Shown one piece after another: positions 17,387 through 27,161 of a stretch of DNA of 64,000 nt; position 1 is the stretch's first letter; each line of letters begins with the position of its first letter. The notes under the pieces were generated by a model. That model was not told where the DNA came from. It saw only the letters and a program-made list of their open reading frames with translations, and searched no databases. The position numbers and the translations under genes are program-made. Origin of the DNA: Treponema sp. (GTDB taxonomy: Bacteria > Spirochaetota > Spirochaetia > Treponematales > Treponemataceae); contig JAKSTM010000009.1 in the NCBI GenBank assembly GCA_024402565.1, positions 169 through 64,168 on the forward strand. The letters run 5' to 3'.

Positions 17387-20170
17387 TTACTTAGATTTTT
17401 TTGCAGGAGCTTTTTTTGCTGGAGCTGCTTTTTTAGCAGGAGCTTTTTTTGCAGCTTTTGCTTTTTCAGCAGCAGCGGCAGCTTTAGCAGCTTTGTTTGC
17501 TTTAATTACAGCCTGAGCACCAGCAAGACGAGCAGCTGGTACACGGAATGGAGAACATGAAACGTAGTTCAGTCCCAGTTTGTAACAAAGTTCGATAGAA
17601 GCTGGGTCTCCACCATGTTCACCACAGATTCCGAGGTGCAGGTCAGATTTAACTGAACGTCCACCTTTTTCTGCCAGACCGATCATAGCTCCAACACCTT
17701 CATCAAGAGTCTTGAATGGGTCCTGGAGGAGTACTTTCTGGTCAAGGTAAGAATCGATGAATTTAGAGTAGTCATCACGAGAGAAACCGAATGTTGTCTG
17801 TGTAAGGTCGTTTGTACCGAATGAGAAGAAGTCAGCGTACTGAGCGATTTCATCAGCTGTAGCAGCTGCACGTGGGAATTCGATCATAGAACCAATCTGG
17901 AACTTAAGTTCTGTTTTCTGTGCTTTGTTTACTTCAGCGATTACAGCTTCAGCCTGTGCACGAATCTGTTTAAGTTCTGCGAATGTTGTTACGTTTGGAA
18001 TCATGATGCGAACATCGTGTGCCAGACCTTCTTTTTCAGCTTTAGCTGTTGCACGAGCAATAGCTTCAACCTGTGTTTCGTAGATTTCTGGATATGTGAT
18101 AGCCAGACGACATCCACGGTGACCGAGCATTGGGTTGTGTTCGTTGAGTTCAGCGTATTTAGCGTTGATTGTATCAACTGATACACCAAGTTTCTTAGCA
18201 AGAGCTTTTGCCAGTTCTGGTGTTTCAGCCTGTACGAATTCGTTAAGAGGTGGGTCCAGAAGACGAATTGTTACTGGGCGTCCTTCCATTGTCTTAATGA
18301 TTCCGTAGAAGTCTTTTTCCTGGAGTGGAAGAATAGCTTTCAGGTTTTCTTTACGAGCAGCTGTATCTTCAGAAATGATCATTTTCTGGAATGATGTAAG
18401 TTTTGGTTCTTCGAAGAACATGTGTTCTGTACGACAGAGACCGATACCTGCAGCACCGAAGCGGAAAGCCTGTGGAGCTTCGTTCTGTTCTGCGTTAGCG
18501 AGAACTCCGAATCCCTTAACTTTCTTTCCAGATGGTGTTGTGCGAACTGATTTTTCACGGATTTCATCAGCCCAACCAAGGAATGTTTCAAGGTCACCAG
18601 AAACTGCTGCTGGAGTTACAGGAATTGCTTCACCGTAAACTTTACCTGTTGAACCATCGATAGAAATGATGTCACCTTTCTTGAATTTAACTCCACCGAT
18701 TGTAACTGTGTCTTTTCCTGTGAATACTACATCTGAACATCCACAAACACATGGTGTACCCATACCACGAGCAACTACGGCTGCGTGTGATGTACGTCCA
18801 CCTGTTGAAGTCAGGATACCCTGAGCAACATACATACCGGCAATGTCATCTGGAGAAGTTTCTTTACGAACGAGCATAACTTTCTTTCCAGCTTTGTCCC
18901 ATTCTACAGCTTCTTCTGCTGTGAATACGATAGCACCACATCCAGCTCCTGGAGAAGCGTTGAGTGCTGATGCGAGAGGTTTTGCTGATTTAAGAGCTTT
19001 AGCATCGAACTGTGGGTGGAGGAGCTGATCCAGCTGATCTGGTTTAACGCGAAGAAGAGCTTCTTCTTTTGTGATCATTTTTTCAGCTACCATGTCTACA
19101 GCCATCTTAACAGCTGCTGGACCTGTACGTTTACCGTTACGGCACTGGAGCATGTAAAGAACTCCTTCCTGTACAGTGAATTCCATATCCTGCATATCGC
19201 GGTAGTGTTTTTCAAGGCGGTTGCGGATTTTTGTGATTTCAGCGAAGATTTTTGGCTGCTGTTTTTCGAGAGCAGAAATATCCATTGGAGTACGGATACC
19301 AGCAACTACGTCTTCACCCTGAGCGTTGATGAGGTATTCTGCCATGAAGTGGTTTTCACCAGTTGATGGGTCACGTGAGAATGCAACACCAGTTCCTGAT
19401 GTGTCACCCATGTTTCCGAATACCATGGCCATAACTGTAACAGCTGTACCTTTGATTACTCTTTCGTCAATGTTGTTGAGCTTGCGGTAAATGATAGCAC
19501 GTTCGTTCATCCAAGAACCGAATACGGCACCGATAGCTCCCCACATCTGAACCTGTGGATCCTGTGGGAAATCTTCACCCTTTTCTTTTTTGTACATTTT
19601 CTTGTACTTGTCAACAATCTGCTGAAGTTCTTCTGTTGTAAGATCAACGTCTTCTTTGATTCCGCGGATTGCTTTTACAGAGTCAATGATTTCTTCGAAT
19701 TTGTCATGTTCTACACCCATAGCTACGTTTCCGTACATCTGGATGAAGCGGCGGTATGCATCCCATGCGAAGCGTGGGTTGTTTGTTTTTGCTGCAAGAC
19801 CGAGAACTGATTTGTCGTTAAGACCGAGGTTGAGGATTGTATCCATCATACCTGGCATAGATTCAGCTGCACCTGAGCGAACTGAAACAAGGAGTGGATC
19901 CTTTTCATCACCGAGCTTTTTGCCCATTGCTTTTTCAAGTTTAGAAAGATTTTTTGCAACTTCAGCTGCCAGCTTTTCTGGGTATTTCTTTCCGAGTTTG
20001 TAGTATTCCTGACAAACATCAATTGAAATTGTGAATCCAGGTGGAACAGGAAGACTCAGTGGAGCCTTTGCCATCTGTGCAAGGTTTGCACCTTTACCAC
20101 CGAGCAGTGGACGCATTGTTTCATCGCCTTCTGCATCGCCGTTACCGAAAAAGTAAACATACTTAGCCAT
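17387..20170 (-). CDS. ppdK: Pyruvate, phosphate dikinase with a Lys/Ala/Pro-rich tail
   Basis: LLGGKGANL, VSVRSGA, GGRTSHAAVVARG, GLCRTEHMF, SFGTNDLTQ, GICGEHGG; start moved to MAKYVY at 20170 (SD GGAG). Confidence 0.95.
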   Translation of the reverse strand: MAKYVYFFGNGDAEGDETMRPLLGGKGANLAQMAKAPLSLPVPPGFTISIDVCQEYYKLGKKYPEKLAAEVAKNLSKLEKAMGKKLGDEKDPLLVSVRSGAAESMPGMMDTILNLGLNDKSVLGLAAKTNNPRFAWDAYRRFIQMYGNVAMGVEHDKFEEIIDSVKAIRGIKEDVDLTTEELQQIVDKYKKMYKKEKGEDFPQDPQVQMWGAIGAVFGSWMNERAIIYRKLNNIDERVIKGTAVTVMAMVFGNMGDTSGTGVAFSRDPSTGENHFMAEYLINAQGEDVVAGIRTPMDISALEKQQPKIFAEITKIRNRLEKHYRDMQDMEFTVQEGVLYMLQCRNGKRTGPAAVKMAVDMVAEKMITKEEALLRVKPDQLDQLLHPQFDAKALKSAKPLASALNASPGAGCGAIVFTAEEAVEWDKAGKKVMLVRKETSPDDIAGMYVAQGILTSTGGRTSHAAVVARGMGTPCVCGCSDVVFTGKDTVTIGGVKFKKGDIISIDGSTGKVYGEAIPVTPAAVSGDLETFLGWADEIREKSVRTTPSGKKVKGFGVLANAEQNEAPQAFRFGAAGIGLCRTEHMFFEEPKLTSFQKMIISEDTAARKENLKAILPLQEKDFYGIIKTMEGRPVTIRLLDPPLNEFVQAETPELAKALAKKLGVSVDTINAKYAELNEHNPMLGHRGCRLAITYPEIYETQVEAIARATAKAEKEGLAHDVRIMIPNVTTFAELKQIRAQAEAVIAEVNKAQKTELKFQIGSMIEFPRAAATADEIAQYADFFSFGTNDLTQTTFGFSRDDYSKFIDSYLDQKVLLQDPFKTLDEGVGAMIGLAEKGGRSVKSDLHLGICGEHGGDPASIELCYKLGLNYVSCSPFRVPAARLAGAQAVIKANKAAKAAAAAEKAKAAKKAPAKKAAPAKKAPAKKSK

Positions 20171-20312
20171 CGATTTTTTCTCCATTAAAAAAATAGAAAT
20201 TGAATATATATAGTTTAAAAATAATACTCTCAAAAAAACATATAGTCAATTGAAGATTACAATAGAAGAGATTACATAGAAAGAATTTATCAATTCATGA
20301 TATAATTTTTTT

Positions 20313-21620
20313 ATGAAAACAATTAATGAATATGGAATTTATATTCCTGAAATTTTATTACCAAAAAAAATTGATGTAAAAAGCTGGTCAGTAATTGCAT
20401 GTGATCAGTACACACAGAATCCTGAATACTGGAAAAAAACTTCTGAAGCGGCAGGAACAAATCCTTCAACACTGAATCTGATTCTTCCTGAAGTTTATCT
20501 CAATGCTCCTGACAAACAGGAACGCATTTCAAAAATTCATAAAGCAATGAATGAATATATGACAGGAGATGTTTTTGCAGAGCCACTCAATTCCTTTGTT
20601 TACCTTGAACGCACAACAGCTTTCGGCCGCACACGCAAAGGTCTGATGTGCTGCATCGATCTGGAAACCTACGAATGGAAACCTTTCACAACTGCAAACA
20701 TCCGTGCAACAGAAGCAACAATTATTGAACGCATTCCTCCAAGAATGGAAATCCGCCGTGGTGCTCCACTTGAACTGCCACACATCATGCTGCTTGTAAA
20801 CGACAAAGACGGCTGCCTTGTTGAAGCCTGCGGAGAAAACGCAAAAAAAGGATCTCCTGTTTACGACGGTGACATGATGATGAACGGCGGAAAAATTTCA
20901 GGCTGGGCAGTAACTGACAATTCCATTGTTGAAAAAGCTCTGAACAAAATCGCCGAAGAAAATCGCCAGGCAGACGGAAGTACATTCCTCTTCGCAGTAG
21001 GTGACGGAAACCATTCTCTTGCAACTGCAAAATCAACTTGGGAAGAACACAAAAAAGAAACAGGTGCAACTGACGACAACGTTCGCTACGCCCTTGTTGA
21101 AATTGTAAACATTTATGACAAAGGTTTGACTTTCGAACCAATCCACCGCGTTGTATTCGATGCAGATTCAGAAAAAATGATTTCTGTTCTGGAAGAAAAA
21201 CTTGGCGGTAAAAAAATTGAAGCCTCTTCAAAAGAAGAAATGATTGAAGCCGTAAAAAAATCAAATGCTGATTTCGGATTTGCATACAAGAAAGACGGAA
21301 ATCAGAAATACGTAATTCTTAAAACTGAAATCAAAGAACTTGCAGTTTCAAAACTTCAGCCGGCATTGGATGAATTCCTTAAGGCTTCGACAGGCTCAGC
21401 CACCGCAAAAGAAATGGAAATTGACTACATCCACGGAACAGAAGATGTTCTTGAACTTGGTGCAAAAGACAATGGAACCGGAATCCTTCTTCCACCGATT
21501 GCAAAAGAAAGTTTCTTTGAAACAATCGGAAAGTCAGGACCTCTTCCACGAAAAAGTTTTTCTATGGGCGAAGCCGATGAAAAACGTTTCTACCTTGAAT
21601 GCAGAAAACTTTTTAACTAG
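20313..21620 (+). CDS. DUF1015 family protein
   Basis: WSVIACDQY, IRATEAT, GDGNHSLATAK, PRKSFSMG. Confidence 0.85.
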   Translation: MKTINEYGIYIPEILLPKKIDVKSWSVIACDQYTQNPEYWKKTSEAAGTNPSTLNLILPEVYLNAPDKQERISKIHKAMNEYMTGDVFAEPLNSFVYLERTTAFGRTRKGLMCCIDLETYEWKPFTTANIRATEATIIERIPPRMEIRRGAPLELPHIMLLVNDKDGCLVEACGENAKKGSPVYDGDMMMNGGKISGWAVTDNSIVEKALNKIAEENRQADGSTFLFAVGDGNHSLATAKSTWEEHKKETGATDDNVRYALVEIVNIYDKGLTFEPIHRVVFDADSEKMISVLEEKLGGKKIEASSKEEMIEAVKKSNADFGFAYKKDGNQKYVILKTEIKELAVSKLQPALDEFLKASTGSATAKEMEIDYIHGTEDVLELGAKDNGTGILLPPIAKESFFETIGKSGPLPRKSFSMGEADEKRFYLECRKLFN

Positions 21621-21625
21621 AAATG

Positions 21626-21666
21626 TGAATAACGGTAATTTCGACAAGCTCAATCACCGTTATTCA
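21626..21666. repeat. REP-like hairpin (TTCGACAAGCTCA core)
   Basis: TGAATAACGGT..TTCGACAAGCTCAA..ACCGTTATTCA. Confidence 0.75.
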
Positions 21667-21719
21667 TATAAAAAAATAACTCGGGCGGTTGGGTACCGCC
21701 CGATAACTGGTGGGGATTT

Positions 21720-22046
21720 ATGACAACATTTTCAATCAGCGAAGTTGAAGAATTAACTGGTGTAAAACAACACATATTACGCTACTGGGAAGAAGCAATC
21801 CCTGGATTTTCTGTTCAGAAAAATATTGGGGGACGACGTGAATACACCCAGAATGACGTTGAAATGATTATGCGCCTTAAACACCTCATTATGGAACAAC
21901 GTTTTACTACTGAAGGCGCAAGACTCCAACTTCTTGAAGATGCAAAAATAAAATCTCAAAACATTGAAGTAGTTCAGGAAATTCACCAGGCAAGAAGTGA
22001 GCTCACTGACTTATATCTTTATCTCAAAGGATTAAAAAACAAATGA
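21720..22046 (+). CDS. MerR family transcriptional regulator
   Basis: FSISEVEELTGVKQHILRYWE...GGRREY. Confidence 0.85.
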   Translation: MTTFSISEVEELTGVKQHILRYWEEAIPGFSVQKNIGGRREYTQNDVEMIMRLKHLIMEQRFTTEGARLQLLEDAKIKSQNIEVVQEIHQARSELTDLYLYLKGLKNK

Positions 22047-23266
22047 TTCTTTCCCGTTCTCCCCTCTTCGACAAAACTAAAATCCCTTCAGAATCTCTGG
22101 ATATTCTTGAAAACTTTGATCAGGTTGTACAAAGCGTTCGTCCCTTAAATTCAAAACAACTTCAACAGCTTCCTCATAATATAAAAGAATTTTCTCACCA
22201 GCTTACCGATGAAAGAGGAAGCCGCCGTTTAGGCTACATGAATGAAGCCATTCAACTTTCTGTTTACACAAGATATTACCTCTGGTGGAACCTTGTCCGC
22301 CAGGTCCGCCTTTTTTCAAATATGGATGCATCTGCATTTCCTTCAAAAGAAGAAGTGATTGCGCTTGATATTGGCTCTGGTCCTCTTACTGTTGTTACCG
22401 CTTTGTGGCTTGCCCGTCCGGAACTAAGAACAAAGAAAATCACCTGGTATGTTCTTGATGTTTCTCAAAATTCCATGAAAGCGGGAGAAGATATTTTCCT
22501 TTCCGTTGCTTCAAGAACCAAATGTGAACCTTGGAAAATTATCCGTGTAAAAGGCAGTTTTGGAACTCATATTAATCAAAAAGCCGATTTCATTACATGC
22601 GGAAATGCAATGAATGAAATGGAACAAGCTTCTGACATGCCTCCAGAATATAAAGCAAAAAAACTTTATGAACAGCTTAACGTTTATGCAAAATCGGACT
22701 GCAAATTCCTTTTAATTGAGCCAGGAGTTCCTAAATCAGCAAGACTCCTAAGTCTTTTTAGAACACGTTTTTTGAAAGATGGTTTTTGCGTTGAAGCCCC
22801 TTGTCCACATTCAGGTGAATGCCCAATGAACGGATTCAAGGCCTATACTGGAAGTCAAAACAAATGGTGCAATTTCGCATTTAATACCGAAGATGCACCG
22901 AAAAAACTTCTCAAACTTTCTGATTTATCAAAACTCCCAAAAGAACGTGCCGTTTTAAGTTTTATTTCTGCAATTCCATCAACAGATACTGAGACTGTAA
23001 AAAAAGACGAAAATATTCTGAACCTTCGAATTGCCTCTGACCCGATAAAACTCCCTGGATGGCAGACCGGTTTTTACGCCTGTTCAGAATTAGGACTTTC
23101 ATTGGTTACAATGCAGAGTCCTAAAGAAAAAAATGAAACTGCAAATAATCAAACATTATTCAGTGGTGACCTTATTACAGTTAAGTTAAATAAAAAAGCA
23201 CCAGATCTTCCAAAAGATGAAAAATCCGGTGCTGTAAAAATCAGCTTAGACTCTAGAAAGTTTTAG
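22043..23266 (+). CDS. Rsm22/METTL17-like SAM-dependent methyltransferase
   Basis: LDIGSGP, LLIEPG, APCPHSGECPM..WCNF; ATGA overlap with the MerR gene. Confidence 0.75.
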   Translation: MILSRSPLFDKTKIPSESLDILENFDQVVQSVRPLNSKQLQQLPHNIKEFSHQLTDERGSRRLGYMNEAIQLSVYTRYYLWWNLVRQVRLFSNMDASAFPSKEEVIALDIGSGPLTVVTALWLARPELRTKKITWYVLDVSQNSMKAGEDIFLSVASRTKCEPWKIIRVKGSFGTHINQKADFITCGNAMNEMEQASDMPPEYKAKKLYEQLNVYAKSDCKFLLIEPGVPKSARLLSLFRTRFLKDGFCVEAPCPHSGECPMNGFKAYTGSQNKWCNFAFNTEDAPKKLLKLSDLSKLPKERAVLSFISAIPSTDTETVKKDENILNLRIASDPIKLPGWQTGFYACSELGLSLVTMQSPKEKNETANNQTLFSGDLITVKLNKKAPDLPKDEKSGAVKISLDSRKF

Positions 23267-24468
23267 AATCCAATTGTAAAGGTTATATAACCACCAAAAC
23301 CTGTGCCTCGTAAACTTGATACAAAGTCCGCTCCATAAAGAGAAACCCCTGTATCAATTTCCAGGGCACGTGCGTTTAACATAAAACTAAATTCATGCTT
23401 AAACATCTGATTTATGTATTCAGTGGAAATTTTAGCACCAATTATTCTAAGAACACTTGCCTTTGCACTTGCCTGATATTGTGGATAGAAAATAACCTTT
23501 TTAGAGAAAGGATATTTAAGACCAAATCCAACTTCTCCGTCTATTACAAGCCATTCTTCAAGTGGACTAAATTCTACACCAGCCATAAATGTCATTGGGC
23601 GGTGAATTTTTTCTTCAGAGTCAGTAAATACCAATTCACCAAAATCCATAACAGGTTCATTACTACCCTCTCCAGAATTCATCAAATCCAGCTTATATGA
23701 AAAATCTGCAGTTTGAGTTCCGACTGAACTAAATTTTCCTGGGAAAATAGGAATCTGTGAATTTCCTACAATATTCAAACCAAGGAACAATGGAACTTTT
23801 ACAAAAATCCCCATATCAAGACCACAGTTTTCAAGATAAGAATCTGGCGACACAAAGAAATCATTGTTTGTAATAGCAGCGGCTTTTTCTGCAGTGAATA
23901 TATTCAGATTCAATTTTCCGTTTACATTTACTGCTCCATCCTCATCATTTAAAACTGTTAAGGCTGTATCTGAAACATCTACGTGAACAGCAGGGCAAAA
24001 TACTGAAGGTGAAATGCCGATAGTATATTTTTCAGTTTCCATTCTGACATTTACCCGTTCATAAGCAAATACATCAAAATTACCGCCAATACCTACAGAT
24101 ATTTCTTCGTTAAGTTTATTTCCGGTAGCAACAAAATCAAACAGTGATTTTGAAATATTTATCGAACCATTAACTTCTACACCTGTATCGAAACCTATGC
24201 TTTCATTTTTGATATTCAGGTTAATTGAGAACTCTGGTCGTGTTTCCATACCCAGAACAAGACCGCCATTAAATTTAAGTGAATCCGCAAAAGCCGCAGG
24301 ATCAATTACAATTTCTTCCTGAAAAATGTCGTTCAAAGCAAAACCATTATTATAAAAACCAAATGGTACATTTGTTTTTAATTCGAACCAACGTTTTCCA
24401 ATCGAGTCAGCAAATAAAGCGGATGTAAATGCTATAGCAGCGAATAAACAAATTAAAATCTTTTTCAT
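23263..24468 (-). CDS. Putative outer-membrane beta-barrel protein
   Basis: Signal peptide MKKILICLFAAIAFTSALFA after SD AGGAGG; alternating beta-strand pattern; C-terminus YITFTIGF. Confidence 0.65.
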   Translation of the reverse strand: MKKILICLFAAIAFTSALFADSIGKRWFELKTNVPFGFYNNGFALNDIFQEEIVIDPAAFADSLKFNGGLVLGMETRPEFSINLNIKNESIGFDTGVEVNGSINISKSLFDFVATGNKLNEEISVGIGGNFDVFAYERVNVRMETEKYTIGISPSVFCPAVHVDVSDTALTVLNDEDGAVNVNGKLNLNIFTAEKAAAITNNDFFVSPDSYLENCGLDMGIFVKVPLFLGLNIVGNSQIPIFPGKFSSVGTQTADFSYKLDLMNSGEGSNEPVMDFGELVFTDSEEKIHRPMTFMAGVEFSPLEEWLVIDGEVGFGLKYPFSKKVIFYPQYQASAKASVLRIIGAKISTEYINQMFKHEFSFMLNARALEIDTGVSLYGADFVSSLRGTGFGGYITFTIGF

Positions 24469-24482
24469 TTTCTGCCTCCTTT

Positions 24483-27116
24483 TTATTTTCCCATGATGGT
24501 AATCGTACCATCTGTAGCAATCTGGCAATCCACTTTCAAACTTACATCAATATTACGTTTGATATAAATTTCACCCTTAGGATATTCTAATTCAATTTGA
24601 GGAGTAAATGGCTTCTCCAGAATGTTATATACAGTTTCCGGAGTAATAACAAAGTCAACATCAGACAAAGGATATTTCTGCTTACTATTTGTTGAAGAAG
24701 GATCCAGATCCAATATCAATTGAGGTTCTTTCTCGCTATTTACATAAGCCGTAGGGAATTTCTTTGCAAAAATATGGAAACTAATATGATCAATGGCATT
24801 TATATATTCCTTGTATTCAGAAATATCCATTGGACCACTGCGACCAAGTAAGTCTTTGCTCCAGTCTTCCTCATTTTGTGAAGAAGTTTCCTTTGACTCC
24901 ATTCCAAATAAATCCAGAAGTTTCAAAGAAACATCGTCCGTTACAATCAGTGAAAGTGGGAAGTCAATAAAAGCATCAATTTCCAGATTTGCATTTTCTG
25001 TTAAATCTGAACTCTTAATTAGAATCTCAGAATCGTTTGATGCTCCAGTAATTTCTATATCGTAATAAACTTTAATAGTATCTTTTGCATCCAATGAGAA
25101 AAGAGATGCACAGTCAGCATAAGCGCTGGCTTTTTCTTTTGTAAGTTCATCTACTACAACTTCCGTTTGATCAAATGGAATGTTCGGTAAAGAATCAACG
25201 AACTTCAGTTTTTTATTTCCGTTCGCATCCGGAAGAAGAACTACTGTATCCTGCTCATTCCCGTTCGTCATTTTGATATTTCCCTGAATGGAAATATTTT
25301 TAAATGCCTCAATTCCAGGATTCTTACAATAAAGATATACAGGAAGAGATTTCATTTTCATTTTCGAAAGAATTTCTTTTGTAATCTGATCTGATCCATC
25401 TCCAAAACTTGAAAGATTAATTCCTGAATCCATTCCCGATTCAGGACTACTCAATTTCTGAGGAATAGAAGAAGCATCAAATTTTATCTGCTGCCATTTT
25501 ATTTCTGGCTGTACTACAAGAGATATTTCATATTCTTTTCCAGGAACAATATTCTTAAGTGTTATTGAACCGTCAGCATTTTCGCCTGGCAATTTTACAG
25601 TTGGATTAAAATCAATTTTTGCTCCCGCTGTACTCTTACCAGGCTTTGAAATATCATCGGCAGTTCCTTTTATGATTGTCTTTTCAGCTCCAGAACCTGA
25701 TTTTAATGTCAGTGAATCTTTTATGTTCAAAAACTTAGAATCAATTTCAACCTGAATATCATTACCTGCTGGAAGAGTATTTTCTGACTTTACGATAAAT
25801 TCGGAATTACCAAACCAAATTTCTTTTACCATATCAGAAACATCTTTAGGGAATTCTATTTCTGCGAAAGAAAGATTTTCTTTCAAATTCATCTTTACAG
25901 CATCGATAGTAACAGATTTTACTTCTTCAACTTTACAATCAACACTTAATTTTATCTGATCACTGAAAACAATATCACCGTTTACAATCTTTACTTTTAC
26001 CTTAGGAGAAACGGAAAGTGGTTCGTTTGTAAGAACTTTATTTTCAATAACTACTGATTCAGATTTTTCATCCTTAAGCCAGTTTTCTTTTCCACTTGAA
26101 ACAGAATAAGAAAAATCAAGTTTTGCACCTTTCCACGTTGGAGGCACATCGATTTTAGTTGTAAGCTTTGCCTTTGAAATTTCAACATTCTTTACATCTG
26201 AAGAAAGATTCAAAGAAACTTTCTGCGGTGTTAAAATCTGTTCTTCAGATTCATAATTCAAACCGGAAGTTTTTTTAATCTTTGAGTTTTCAGAAACTTC
26301 TCCGTAAAAAAGTTTTCGATTCTTAGTATCACAATCATTAAATACAAGAATCATATCTTCCATACCAACTCGTCTTCCAGCCAGGTTTATAGAAGCCTTG
26401 TAATTTGCGTTAATTGAATACTCTATTCCAGAAATCTTTATTTTTTTACTTTCAGACTGTGAAAGTCTTTTAAACGAAGCTTTTGCAAAAGGATCTCCTG
26501 CAAATGAATCTTTACTTGAGAAAACAACATAAGGATCCTTTCCATTTATATTTTCAATGTAAATGTCCAGAGTTCCAGTTTCATATTCAAAATACTTGAA
26601 ACTACCTTCTGTTGATTGAACTCCAGTTACTTTCATAGAAAGAGGATTTTCTGGATTAAGCGGATTTTCCTGAGAAACAAAAGGACCTCCGAATTTTACC
26701 ATTCCATTAAGATTCTTTGTTAATTCGCTTACGTCCAGATTTGTGCTCTGCTGAAATGAAATAGAAGGAATCTCTATTTTCTGTTTTACAGAAAGTGAAT
26801 CAGTTGTCAAATCACCTACATAAGAAGACATATCTACAGGGACTGTCATAAGAGGCACTTTCATCAAGTAATGCTGAACGTCAGACTTTCCACCTGGGTT
26901 GTAATCATAACATTTAAAATCGTTTGAAGGGGTTTGCTGAAAAGTCCCCAAAACGAATTCACCAAGGTTTTGTTCCATAGAGGTAACTGTAAAGTTATAT
27001 TCAGCTTTTGTCTTAAGCGATACTTTTTTAGGCAGGTTAAAAGAACACCCTGACATAACCAGCACGGAAGCTAATACAGTCGATAAAGTAAAAATAGTCA
27101 GAAGATTTTTTTTCAA
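24483..27116 (-). CDS. Large beta-rich hypothetical lipoprotein
   Basis: TTG start with SD AGGAGG; lipobox VMSGC; 877 aa open frame. Confidence 0.75.
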   Translation of the reverse strand: MKKNLLTIFTLSTVLASVLVMSGCSFNLPKKVSLKTKAEYNFTVTSMEQNLGEFVLGTFQQTPSNDFKCYDYNPGGKSDVQHYLMKVPLMTVPVDMSSYVGDLTTDSLSVKQKIEIPSISFQQSTNLDVSELTKNLNGMVKFGGPFVSQENPLNPENPLSMKVTGVQSTEGSFKYFEYETGTLDIYIENINGKDPYVVFSSKDSFAGDPFAKASFKRLSQSESKKIKISGIEYSINANYKASINLAGRRVGMEDMILVFNDCDTKNRKLFYGEVSENSKIKKTSGLNYESEEQILTPQKVSLNLSSDVKNVEISKAKLTTKIDVPPTWKGAKLDFSYSVSSGKENWLKDEKSESVVIENKVLTNEPLSVSPKVKVKIVNGDIVFSDQIKLSVDCKVEEVKSVTIDAVKMNLKENLSFAEIEFPKDVSDMVKEIWFGNSEFIVKSENTLPAGNDIQVEIDSKFLNIKDSLTLKSGSGAEKTIIKGTADDISKPGKSTAGAKIDFNPTVKLPGENADGSITLKNIVPGKEYEISLVVQPEIKWQQIKFDASSIPQKLSSPESGMDSGINLSSFGDGSDQITKEILSKMKMKSLPVYLYCKNPGIEAFKNISIQGNIKMTNGNEQDTVVLLPDANGNKKLKFVDSLPNIPFDQTEVVVDELTKEKASAYADCASLFSLDAKDTIKVYYDIEITGASNDSEILIKSSDLTENANLEIDAFIDFPLSLIVTDDVSLKLLDLFGMESKETSSQNEEDWSKDLLGRSGPMDISEYKEYINAIDHISFHIFAKKFPTAYVNSEKEPQLILDLDPSSTNSKQKYPLSDVDFVITPETVYNILEKPFTPQIELEYPKGEIYIKRNIDVSLKVDCQIATDGTITIMGK

Positions 27117-27161
27117 ATTCTACCTCCTTTTTTGCAAATAAATATATTTTTCCAAGTTCCG

